DNA of 64,000 nt from Catajapyx aquilonaris (taxonomy: Eukaryota). The position numbers were made by a program, and so were the translations under genes. The first letter of the stretch is position 1, and every line of letters begins with the position of its first letter. Location: NCBI GenBank assembly GCA_000934665.2, contig JYFJ02000319.1, positions 1 to 64,000 on the forward strand. Direction: 5' to 3'. The notes beneath the pieces were generated by a model. The model made no database searches, had not been told where the DNA came from, and worked only from the letters and a program-made list of their open reading frames with translations. Below, piece after piece: positions 23,813 to 35,800 of this stretch.

Positions 23813-26800
23813 TTAGTGACGGACCATCCCATTAATCATGATGTTGGCCAATGCGTTTCTTCGCTTCCTCCAAGACCCCAAGACTTGCACATGGTACTGC
23901 AGCTGTCGATACCAAGTCTCAGTCTGTTGCTTGTCCTCGCCCTATGGCAGAACAATATGTTAATTAAACACTAATTATTTTGTCAGTCATTGCTAAGCTC
24001 CACCATCCAAATGATGACTAATGATATTACTTGTAGGCAACAGTTGCTGCCATAGGATGGGCTGCTCTTAATAATGCCATGCACTCAAATAAGGAAATAA
24101 TATCACCAAAATGTAGATAATTGATATGAGCATAACTCACTCTAAACATAAAGGTCTCTTTGGTTGTGATTTCATGCACTTCGAAGAAATCTTCCCACTC
24201 AGGCTCACAGCAAACGATGCACTTGTCCAGGAACAATGGGTCCTAAAAATATGGACACTCGTAAAACACATCACTTTTACGAGCAGTATCAAATAACTCA
24301 CCCTGAGTAAGGAATATCTGGCACTCTTTTCCTTGACTAGCAGCAGGGTAGCCTCTCTGACACCACTCTCTCGTGGAAACACCAACCTGTCTTCATCCAC
24401 TTCGGGTTTGTAATCAGAGTTGGGCTGGAAAGACGATGCATTTGTATACATATCTAATGCGGAAGTCGCCTCTGGAGGAACCGCGGAACTCGAATTACCT
24501 TTCCATTAGTGATGAATAAAGCGTGAATGGGTGTAAGGCGGACAGATCGACCTCGTTTCCAGTTGGCATCAGTTGGCTGCGTCACCAACAGCTTACCATC
24601 CAGTACGAACCGAACTTCTTCATTTGCCCAGTCAAGAACATCCAATGCCAACTGCACCAAAAAAATGTGTGTTCAGGTAAGCAAATATAATGTGAAGTGA
24701 ACGGAGGTGGATCGTGTCTTCAGTACCTTTCTCAGCTTGATGTTTCCCACGTCCGACTCACTAACGAAGCGTCTGTAAGGCGTGTTCATCATAGATATGC
24801 GTCTCCATAGCTTCGTAGTGCTGATGTCTTTTGCCTCCTGAAAGTGCAGAGTGTTAATAATGTCGAGTTGTTAACGAACATAAAACATATGTCGAAAAAA
24901 CCGACACTAGGATAAAATAATATTAGTCGCTGAATGTCACAGCTAATATATGTTGGCACTTGGGACACGAGTCAAAATCAAATAAAGCAGCTTTGAAGGC
25001 TTCGGGTTCAGTGTCATAGCATTTTCTCGAAAATTTACTGTGAATGGATACACAATGAGAATTTATATGCCTCTCCACATTTGTCAACTGACAGTAACAA
25101 CTGGGTAGCAAACACAGAAATGCTGTACTTTTATCACTATACCTTTGTGCCCTGAAAGATATAAGTGGGGGAAAAAAAGTTGGTCGCCCAACGTGGGGCT
25201 CGAACCCACGACCCTGAGATTAAGAGTCTCATGCTCTACCGACTGAGCTAGCCGGGCTCACACGAAGATAACTCCAGAAATTCCTGCCATGTGTCACACA
25301 AGTTTACAGAAATAAAATGCTCAATGAAACAAGGTCGATATTCTTGGAATATTATTTTAAATCCCCAATGTGGTATCGACATAATAACCACCTGTTGTTG
25401 GGATGACTTTCAGGTTTCTGTCACCTTGTTTACAATATTCCTACCTGACTACCTGTCATGATGGGGTTTCGTGTTTCGGTGTTTGGCTTGTGTGCTCTGA
25501 CGATTCACAGAGCTATGTGCGTATGTCGATGGTAGGGTTGACTTGTAATGTGAACCCAAAGCGGGATTGTCGTCATGAGGTAGGACAGGTCTTAGAGATA
25601 CCACCTTTTGATTCTCTCCCTCCCTTCCCAGCTTTCTCACTATCTCCATAGAGCCAGATAACCTTTGTTACTTTGGTTCATATCTAACTTGTGGTTATCA
25701 GTATAACTCCCACTGTTGACTCATACAAAATGTTCATGTTGCATTCATATCAATCCCCCCCCCCCCCCCCCNCCCCCAACGCTACTGGAACCCTGTTCTA
25801 CCATATGTGTGTGTGCATTCAGCCATTCAATAATAAATCATGCTATGTTATGTTATGTTATGGAGGGAAAAAAATTTCAGACGACGCCCAACGTGGGGCT
25901 CGAACCCACGACCCTGAGATTAAGAGTCTCATGCTCTACCAACTGAGCTAGCCGGGCTTACTTGAAAAGAACTCCAGAAATTCGTGTCATGTGTCCCACT
26001 TGGTAACACTAGAAATTCAATGACTTAATCAACCAGGCTGTAAATTCTTGGCCTTATTTATGATTCCTGCAATCAGTATCATAAATTTACTACCTATTAC
26101 TGGCATTGCCATTTCTGGTTCATAAAGAAACGGGGGTGTCAATATTTTGCGGTAACCCAAAATATATGAATAATAATTTTTCCCACTCCATTTTTCTACT
26201 CTGCTGGACTTCATCCCGTCTTTGATTGGGTTACTACCTGACAAAAACATTGACACAAACTACAAACAAATAATTACAAAATGATGGTCGCCCAACGTGG
26301 GGCTCGAACCCACGACCCTGAGATTAAGAGTCTCATGCTCTACCGACTGAGCTAGCCGGGCTGAGTTGAGAAGTATTGTAGTAATTGCTGGCTTGTGTTG
26401 CACTTCAACACTTGCTGGCGTCACGTGAAATATTGAATGATTCAACCCAATTCGGAGTCCAAATTTTTGTGAATTGTAAGATTTAATTCGAAATTATGGA
26501 ATCGGTATCATAAATGACGTGTATCATCAATCAGTCTTTCAGGTTCATGTAGGAAGTGTAGGGCGTCAGTATAGCATTAGCTCAAATAATGGCTTATTCT
26601 GGACCTCCCCCAATTTTATACCCACCTAAACTCTAGACCTTGTTATTGTCCGGTAATTAATTTTCATTAAATTTTTTAAAAAAGTTTGTCGCCCAACGTG
26701 GGGCTCGAACCCACGACCCTGAGATTAAGAGTCTCATGCTCTACCGACTGAGCTAGCCGGGCTCACACGAAGAGAAGTCCAGTAGTTCTTGCCATGATTG

Positions 26801-29800
26801 TGTCCAGTGTCCCACTTGGTAACATTTTAGAAATTCAATGACTCAAACAGCAAGGCAGTATATTCCAGAAATGCAATTGGCATCATAAATTTACCACCTA
26901 TTATTGGGAGAGCAATTATTCCTGGTTCAAATCAATTAGTGACAATCCAAATTAATAAATAATGCTGCACTCCATAATTTTTATACGTAGCTGGACTCTG
27001 GTCTGCCTTCGAATGGGTCATTAAATGATAAAGCCAGCAACAAAAGGTCAGCCGCCCAACGTGGGGCTCGAACCCACGACCCTGAGATTAAGAGTCTCAT
27101 GCTCTACCGACTGAGCTAGCCGGGCTTCTCCTGCACTTGATAACCTACAGCCCTGTGGCAATGATCAATTTGGGCATCCGTTGCATCATTGCAGGGTAGT
27201 TTGCAATAAGTTCAGTGGTCATTCCTCCGTCACCCAAATAAATATCGAATATGAAGCTGGTTGAAAATTTGAGAAAACTCATTATACAGGCACTGAAAAT
27301 TAGCTGAGGTAGCTCAGCTTTTGGTTGACATACCCCTCAAATGGGTACCTCAGCTGGGTAGACCTAGAAGTTAGACCACGACACGGGTTAGAACGTGATG
27401 AGGTAAGAAGCCCGCGCGGCAATAGCTCAGTCGGTAGAGCAAGAGACTCAGGGTCGTGGGTTCGAGCCCCACGCTGGGTGTAACTTTTTCTTCTGGTGAA
27501 GTGTTAGGTAAAATGTTTATAAGATGCATTTATTTATCATTCTCATCATGAAGGTGGCGTGGTTCTACACACACGTCACTTTTAAACATATGCGAACTGC
27601 GTGCCTGACTGTGGAGGAAATGTGATAGTGAACAGCAGCCAGACCTCATGAGACCAACACAATCAGCACTACAACTAGAGCGCAATCATTAGCCTACAAC
27701 TTTCATACCAACTTTTTGTAATTCTTTCTGATGATAACTTTTAGAACAAAAAGGAACATCGTTCCTTTTGTAGCCGCTTGCGTGAAAAAGCTGGCGGATC
27801 CAGAAAACCAACCGGAATAATCGAGGTACTGAGTGTGAATCGTGACAGTTTGCTCACGCTCATTAGCTGCAGCCACATTTATTTCTTAAAAGAAGTCATA
27901 ACATCGGTAATTCGGGACTCACGGCATTCATATGTTCCAAATGCATCTCAATCTTCTGCTGCGCCTGCTTGAGTGCCTCTCTACCCTCGTGATGCGTCTG
28001 CGTGACTTTCAGCAGGCGTCCCAATAGCAGAGGATATTTGGTCACTCTCTGCACAGGCACCTGAAAATGGACAAGTCATGGCTCAATTTAAAAAAGCACA
28101 CATGTGCACCATGCAAACTGGTGAGAAAACCAGACTAATCAAGCCGCGTTGATCACGTTTGGCCTAGACAAAGAAACTCGATTCTACCTCGCAGGCCATC
28201 ATCCTGGCCTTAAACCATTGATTTCACTTGATCCCTTTTAGTATAAAATTCCAGCCTCCAAGGTCGATTCAGCAGGTAGAGAAAGGCAGGCATTTTCAAG
28301 GGTCAGCGTCACTAAACCCAAGCTGACCCCTCTGATTGGCCCCAGAACGGCACGATCTCTCAAACAAAATTAGTGAGTCGTGCTAACTTGATGAAGCAAT
28401 GCTCAAGGAGGCATACATTTTCCCCCTAATTAACCTAAAGTTACCGGCGTGTAATTCCGATTAGTTTATAGCCTGCCAGTGCCTGCGTCACACGGGCAGA
28501 CATCGCCAGACGGAATGAGACATCAATGGTGCACCCCCTCTGAAATGACATTCCAAAGCGCCTCGCGAAACAAATAAGGCAGTGCCCACCCCCCTTTGTT
28601 TCGTATAAGATCATATCAGTCCTCGCTCCAGGGACCTTCCTGCTCGAGACATCTGATTGTCCAGGAAGCTGTGCAGCAATCACCGGGAGCATGGCAGTAA
28701 AGACCAGTCCCCCACGAAGGCAATTACCGTCCGTACGCAAGGTCCGACCAAGCGAGCAAGCGAGTCAGTCAGCCAGTCGCTCCAAAGAGCAGTGCCCTCG
28801 AAGGCCCTCCAGGCGACGAGGTCAACATTCCCTGGCCGACCTTCCGCCTACTCGCTCTTCGGCTGACTGATGGAGCAGTCTGTCCCCGTCTGCCAGCAGG
28901 GTGCCAGATGTCGTAATATCTCTAACCGACAGACGGCAAGGTCGACAGACTCCATCGACGACCCGGGTCAAGTCCGAAGAAAGTTCATAACATTTCTGTG
29001 TGCATATGCCGTGCAAAACTTTTTTAATTGGGGAAAACTATACGTGCTATTTTCTCACACACAGTTTGTCCCTTTCTCCAGCACGATTTTACTTTCCCCA
29101 CCTTTTCTGTTGCCTAATTAGTCTAATGACATGAGGAAAATTTTGCGATCTGTCCCGTTTTACAACTTTTAGCTCCCGGTGTAGGAACTAATCACAGGAT
29201 ATGCCTACTGATGAGCCCTCATTTTTTAAACTAATCACAGTCATTTCCGCTGCCTGATCCTCCGTGGTATCTCAATATTCGCGTGTAGTAACTTCTGGTA
29301 CTCACCATGAGAAAGGAAGCCAAGTTCATCCTTCGAAGGACCGTGTTTTCCATCTGAGAGACTCGCAAGAAGATCCTCAGCAGCTCTTTGTCCTTCTCCA
29401 AATTGGTCAGAAGCATAGACGCCGCGCCCTGCAAAAGAAATGCACCGCATGTAATTATGGGTGTGTTTCAAAAATTTCGTCCTTGCACTGCTTCACTTCT
29501 CTGGAAAATTACGTATGGTAATGAGACGTCGTGTCCACCACCCGTGTGACTAACACATTCCAAACAAATTTTTATCCCTCTGAAATGCCTTTGTGAGCTA
29601 CAATGGGAACAGGAAGCAGGTGCTGGTACCATCTGCCCGATGAAGCCCATGAAGAACTCAGCACCGGCCAGTTTGGTTCTGACTCACATCCCTGTACTGA
29701 TACCATCGGGTATTCGGCCGGAATCCGCAACAAAAACGGCCGTATTATTCGGGTGAATTCACACAGTATGAGTCGTCACGGAAATTCCGGCGCATGGGAG

Positions 29801-32800
29801 GTCCAACACCCTCCAGATCATTTCTCCAACAAAATCACGAAAAAACGTTTCCAACATTGGCTCCGTTGCTAATGAAGAGACAGAGCGGAAGAAAACCGCA
29901 AGGCGACCCACAGCCTCCAGGGCTGGATTAAAAAAACGAGTGTACATTTGGTCAAAATCGTAGGGTTTAGCCTCGTTGAGTTTGTGAGAGGAGGGTGTTG
30001 ATCTGGAGCGATGATGTTGTCCGCCGTCTGACCAAAACTGGATCTACCTCCCCACTTTTATGGCCACCCTCTGCTAATCGGAAACATGGGGTAGGAAAGG
30101 GTTTGCAATTGATAGCCTGATTAGAGTCACGTTCTTTGGCTCCACCAACTCATCCATCCTAGAGGAGCATGTAGGCTCACATATTAGGTGGTTAGGTTAG
30201 GTCCACAGCTGCAGACACGTGCGTACGATGCAGCATGTCAGATCATCAAAGTTCATTACTCCAGTTGGGAGGGGCGCTCCTTGAAGCGGCGCGAATGGAT
30301 TCGCTCAGGCGACAATGGGACCATCACTCATCACCTTGAGTTTTATATGATGGGGAAGGGCCGTTCTCACCTGCCGAGTGCAATAGGCCTCGAAGGCGTG
30401 CAGCATGGGTGCAGCCTCCAGGAAGAGTCGTCCCACATTGACAGTTGTGAGATCCTCGTCCCCTTGCTCCATGGCGATCTCGATGGCGTCCTTCAGCCTC
30501 TCGGTGAACCTAGCGTTGACCTGTGCCAGTTCCTCCACATTCAGGAAGATGGTGGACAGCTGGTCCGGACTTAGAAGGCCGGCCACCAGCATGGGCCGGT
30601 AGAACTCCTCCACTATGATCCGGAGGTCTCGTCCATACTTCATCTCGGTCTCCACAATCTCCATGATGATCTCCTTGCGCTCGGCTCGTCTTTTGGCGCA
30701 CTTGCGGCATACCAGGGGGTCGTATAACAAGCCGCTGCGAAAGAAGGTGGGGTTGGTCAGTGTTAATACGGGCGTCAAACTCGTCTGGAGGTGCGTACGT
30801 GGTGACAGCTGAAAAATATTCATCCTCGCATGCAGCAGGATTTCCGAGCTTGTTAGATGCTGTGGGGGGAGAGCGACCGTGAGAGTAACAATCGGGCATT
30901 GTTTCAACCGGACCGGACTTTCACTGCGGGGGCAGATGATCGGCCTAATTTGCGCATTCTTTCCTCACCGCACACTTGATCCTCGGTCTGCAACCCTCGC
31001 TTTCTTGGACTACCTTTCCTTCCTCCTGAATTCAAAGGAGTAGCGGCAGAAATTTCGAAACTGAGCTTAATATGTTGTAGGGGTCAGCTGAGTGAACGGC
31101 CACTAAGCCATTATAATCGTGAAAACTGGAGGAACTGATCAGTACTCTGTAAATTATTCTGATGAGTAGTTTTTCAATCGAATTCATTTGAATTTGAATT
31201 TTCTCCCAACTTATAAAACTATTTTCATCAGTAGAAGTAATCGACAAACATGAGGATAGCGACTCGAAGATATTGAGTGCCATATATGGAAATGCTTTTG
31301 GTGAAATTCCTACTTATGTAGGCTACTTCAGTAACTCATTTTTAAAGCACATTATTTAAAAATAGTTTCACTAAATCTGACAGAAAACTGTTTAATGATT
31401 GATTCAACCGGTTGGAAGAAAATTTCCCCTCACAAGGACTGCTGGGTGCTACTTCAAGTGTACAGGAGTGAAAACCGCTTAAAATAATTTAGAGAGTACA
31501 AGCCAGAATTCTGACTCGACAGGCTGGATACGTTTCGAGAGACATCAACAATCGCACCAGGGCATTGGACCAGAACTCGCACAAATATTAACGGGGACCT
31601 GATGTCGGGCTATGCTGTCCTACTCCGATAAATCCGCCATAACGGCGCTGAATCAAGGCTTGTGTTTACATGTTAAATTCCAGTACCACACAACGGAAGG
31701 TCAAATGCAAGTCCGGCTGCATCGTGGCATTGCCAAGGCCGACGCCTGTGCCAAGAATAAAAAGCAAGCGGCCTTTTTCTTAGTCGATCTTGCTTTTTCT
31801 GTCCGGCAAGGGCCGACCCTGAATTTAAAAGGTGTGAAAAGAGCGTTTTCAAGGTCCGAAATTTTTGCATGTGACTTTTTGAATAGGCTACATCATTGCA
31901 GAAAACCACACGGACTGGTTAGACTGACCACCAGGCGCCTTTCCATTTGTTCTTGATTCTCCCACAAACTTGCTCGTGACGATCAAGCAGCCAACAAAAG
32001 CCGGCCGAGGACGTGTGAAGACTCGAGGTGTTCCTCATAGAAAGTGTTCGCGCATCATGTACTCCCATGAAAACGCTACTTGAACTTGCCTGACCATAAA
32101 AAATCGACTCCCTCTTTAATATGTCCGTGAACAACGCCCCTGCTTTTAGAAAGTTAAAAGGCGGATAATCCAGTGTGAATGCAATTTTTCTCCCCCCACA
32201 TAGCATCAGGCCTATTAGGGAGGATTAGGAGACGCTAATGTGGCATTCCAGCATAGAGATCTTCGTGAGAGAATATTACAGCCATCTTCATTTTTTTCCT
32301 CTCTAGCTTACCTGTCGGTGACCTCGGTTTCTACGGGTTGGTCACAATCTTCACACAGGTGATCTTCACGTACAAAGGTCGTCGCTGTTGCAGTCGTAGG
32401 CCTACTGAACCGTCGACGTCTAGGGGGCTTGCTGGTTTCAGAACCGACTCCAGAGTCGTTTCTTTCCACTTCAACAGATGTCCGACGTGGCTGAAATTGA
32501 ATGGTAATTATAACATTGCAGCTCATCCCTCACAGTAACATGTACTGTACCGTGAGTCACACATACCGAGGTAAATGAGTCGGGATATATGTTGTTGCTC
32601 TCTTCACTCGAATCGCTGATACTGCTCATGTGACTGACTCTGGGTCCCCTGTTTCTTTGCATGTGAAGCAACTTGCAGATGCTGAGTTCCTCCGGGTCGT
32701 CACTCTCCTCCGACTCCAAGCTTATCCCCCGTTCTCTCACACCTTCCAGGAACTTGAGGATCTCAGTCCTGGATGCCCCCTCGAACATGGACCTCTTGTT

Positions 32801-35800
32801 GGAGTTCATGAGACGAGCTTGGGCTGCGAGGTCGTAAAGAGGGTTCTCGGGTATCTCCTCGTAGATGTGCTCCTTGAACACATCGTACGGGTCGTCCTCT
32901 TCCTCTTGAGTCGAAGAAGGAGGGCTAGAGACGGTCGTGTTGTCCATGGGGATGTAGAATCTGGATCGCGACAAATGCAGCACCATCTTTGAGGTGTGGG
33001 TGACAGGAGAAGGATCTTCTTCGTCTTGAGAGTACACCGGATCGTACACGGTGGAAGAGTCGGACGACGTGGTTTTCATCGACGTCTCAATGGTGACTGC
33101 GGTGATGTTGGACATTGACGGAGACTTTTGCGGGGGATCGCAATCATTTCTCAGCCCCAGAAACAAGCTCGGGGTCGAAGACGCAATGGAGTTCCTCTCC
33201 CTATCCCGGATCGAAGTCCTTTTCTTCTCGACAGTGCCTGACTTCTTAATTCCGGATCCGTTCAGAAATATGATGTTGGGATGAATTTCAGGGGTATCGT
33301 ACTCGTGGGTCGTCGAAGAATTCTCCGACTTGGCTGGAGGAGGTGGAGGTGGAGGATACGACGGTGGCGCCATGTTGGTCAGGATGAAGAATGGGGGTGG
33401 TGCCGAAGACAAGGGTGGTGGCGGGGACGATGGAAGAGGAGGTGGTGAAGGTGACCTGGAGGGTGTCGGTAACGGGCAAGGCTCCTCGTAAATGGACGCT
33501 GGCAGTTCGGGACTCGGGCGGGCGTCCTCTTGCCTATCCTTCTCAGGAGAAATACTGGCAGTCTCCGATTTGTCTTCCCCAGACGTCGGCAAGTCTTCTT
33601 CTGGGAACTGGTTGGCGTTGGCCTCTGCCTCGCTATTCAATTTCTCTAGTTCCTCCCTAGTGAAAGGGAAATATCTCCTGGGTGGAGGCTGAGGAGGTTC
33701 TTTCACGGACTGAACTGACGGCTCTGATAACGTCACGGTGCATGACGATACGGTCGTTAGTGTGGATGAGGCAGTGACTGACGTCAATGACACTGCCTCA
33801 GGTGCAGGGAGAGGCGGGGGCGGAGGAGGAGGAGGCTCCTTAGGCCTAGGTGGACTGGTCAAGCGACACGACGCGCTAATCCCAGGTCGGCACAGAGCCC
33901 TGGACCCTTTATTCCTGTCCCGTGGTCGACGAAGAGGCGTTCCTTCCTGGAGGTCCTGGTGATTCTGCAGTTCCGCAAAAGCCTCTCTGGCCGTGACTCT
34001 GGGCTGCTGAAGGCGTATCCTGGTGGTGTCGTTGAACAGCAGGCTCTTGTTTCCGGGCGAGTAGTCCGATGGAAACGACCAGATGGGCAGATGTGATGTA
34101 TCTGGGAAAGGCAGAAAGTAATGGTCCTCCGTGACTGGACATAATTTTTACCACGGTCCTCCGGTGCTACTTATCCTACTCGAGTTACAATTACACCATT
34201 ATCCCCACCAAGCGTGTTATTTGCAAGGTTTCCTCCAAGTAAATGCGGGAGCCCCGGGTGAGAATAAGGAAATGGCAATGATTGCAGTGGTCGTGTTGGT
34301 GGTGGTCAGTCACCCATTCCTGGGACGAGGATCCTTTTGCTCCAAACGTTGACCTCCAGGTACTCGGTTCCTCCCTGCAATTACTGCTTCACGGCACAGT
34401 CGTTCATCAAGTGTCCACGACCTACGTCTTTATCAGAAAAAGGGGGAGTTTTCCTGTCTCATAACACCCTTTCGCATAAATTTCCGCCAAGAAGAAGCCT
34501 CCCTCCTCGGGCAGTGAGTTACACCCAATTACTAAAGATTGAAAACCGCAAGCAGACCACTTAGTGTGCTGGAGTGCACAAAACAATCCCTGACCCACAT
34601 AAACCTCACTTCTTGGTGGAGCAACTGGATTTTCTTCGTCACATATTGAGAAACATCCCTTTTTCATCCCCTGCTGCTTGGATTAAGGTTACCTGTCAAG
34701 TTTTAATCTTGCGCGAGATTGAAGATGAAAAAAAGTTGGCATGAGAACTAGTTTTGCACTACACGCACTGTGCAGTACATGGTCCGTTGACCGAGGTTAT
34801 GCTGACATGTATAGGTGACAAATCTGCAGCCTCATCGTGTAGCAAAGAAGGAACGAGTTCAGTCCCAGCACAGCTGATGTACATTTTTACCTGGGATGCC
34901 TGATGGGTGAGGCATCAGACGCTTGCAAAAACAGGAAACGGTCAGTGTGGCAATGATAAGACTTACTTTGCGGAAGGCTAACAACTTTGGAGTAACAGGT
35001 CTTAAGCCCACGCAGTCCTATCTTGGTCAAGAACCATGCTTGCAGATGACATAAGTTCATACGAGCCACCTCTAAATCGCAGTGTCAAGACACCAACAAA
35101 ACCTGTACTGCATACCATAACTCGTACAAAACCCTATCATGTGTACAGTGTGGTCCGGGTAAACACCCACGCAATATGTATACGGATGTTAATTTCCTAG
35201 TAATCCCCATGTCACATTGGCTAGTACTTGATTCCGAGCTTGCTTGTATGTAGGTAAGCTTCGAACATAAATCAATGGCATGGCATTAGATGCAATGAGT
35301 TATTTACATTTACTGACCATATCTCGTATCATCTGGTAGGCAACTTGTGATTCGGAGAATGCATCTCAAAGTAGTTTTTGTACAAGTACAGTTTTATAAT
35401 CACTCCAGAAAATTTTATATTCATTCCATTGCAAAATTAGCCTGCTAAAGTAAAATCGTTACTGACCCTGAAAAATGGTCATCTCATGGCACAATGTTTG
35501 TGCAGGTCTTGCATACATAATTAAGTGCCATGCAAGTCACTGTCAAAAAATATGAATTTCATATCTTCCATTGTCAACACGAACAGCAATTACAATTCAG
35601 CTACTGAATTCCCAGAAATTGCTGGATTTCAGTTTTGCTGCATACGCCCATCGTATAAGCTTCCAACAATATTTATATTGCACTAGCTGATACTTTTCTT
35701 CGTAATGTCGTATTTATTACAGAAGTTCACAGAAAATTGGACACATTCACTGACAAGCAACTTGCCACGTATTTCAACGTATGACTCGACCAAGCAGCAG

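Noticed and set aside
23813..24837. Separate small gene on the minus strand
   Set aside because: These exons continue in phase from the DH exon ending at 27923 and form the PH/C-terminal part of the RhoGEF.
25755..25777. Poly-C tract with an N (possible G-quadruplex)
   Set aside because: It is a homopolymer with an ambiguous base, so its length is unreliable and may be a sequencing or assembly issue.
25185..27480. Regularly recurring identical 73-bp repeats with unique-looking spacers (CRISPR-like appearance)
   Set aside because: The repeats are tRNA-Lys genes; spacers are 290-630 bp and partly homologous to each other; the context is eukaryotic with no cas genes.
27749..27769. Hairpin plus T-tract resembling a rho-independent terminator
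   Set aside because: It lies in a eukaryotic intron, and the 9-bp stem is mostly A/T and expected by chance.
28740..30000. GC-rich intronic segments with TCAGT motifs and short plus-strand ORFs (possible nested gene)
   Set aside because: No consistent exon chain or recognisable protein motif could be built.
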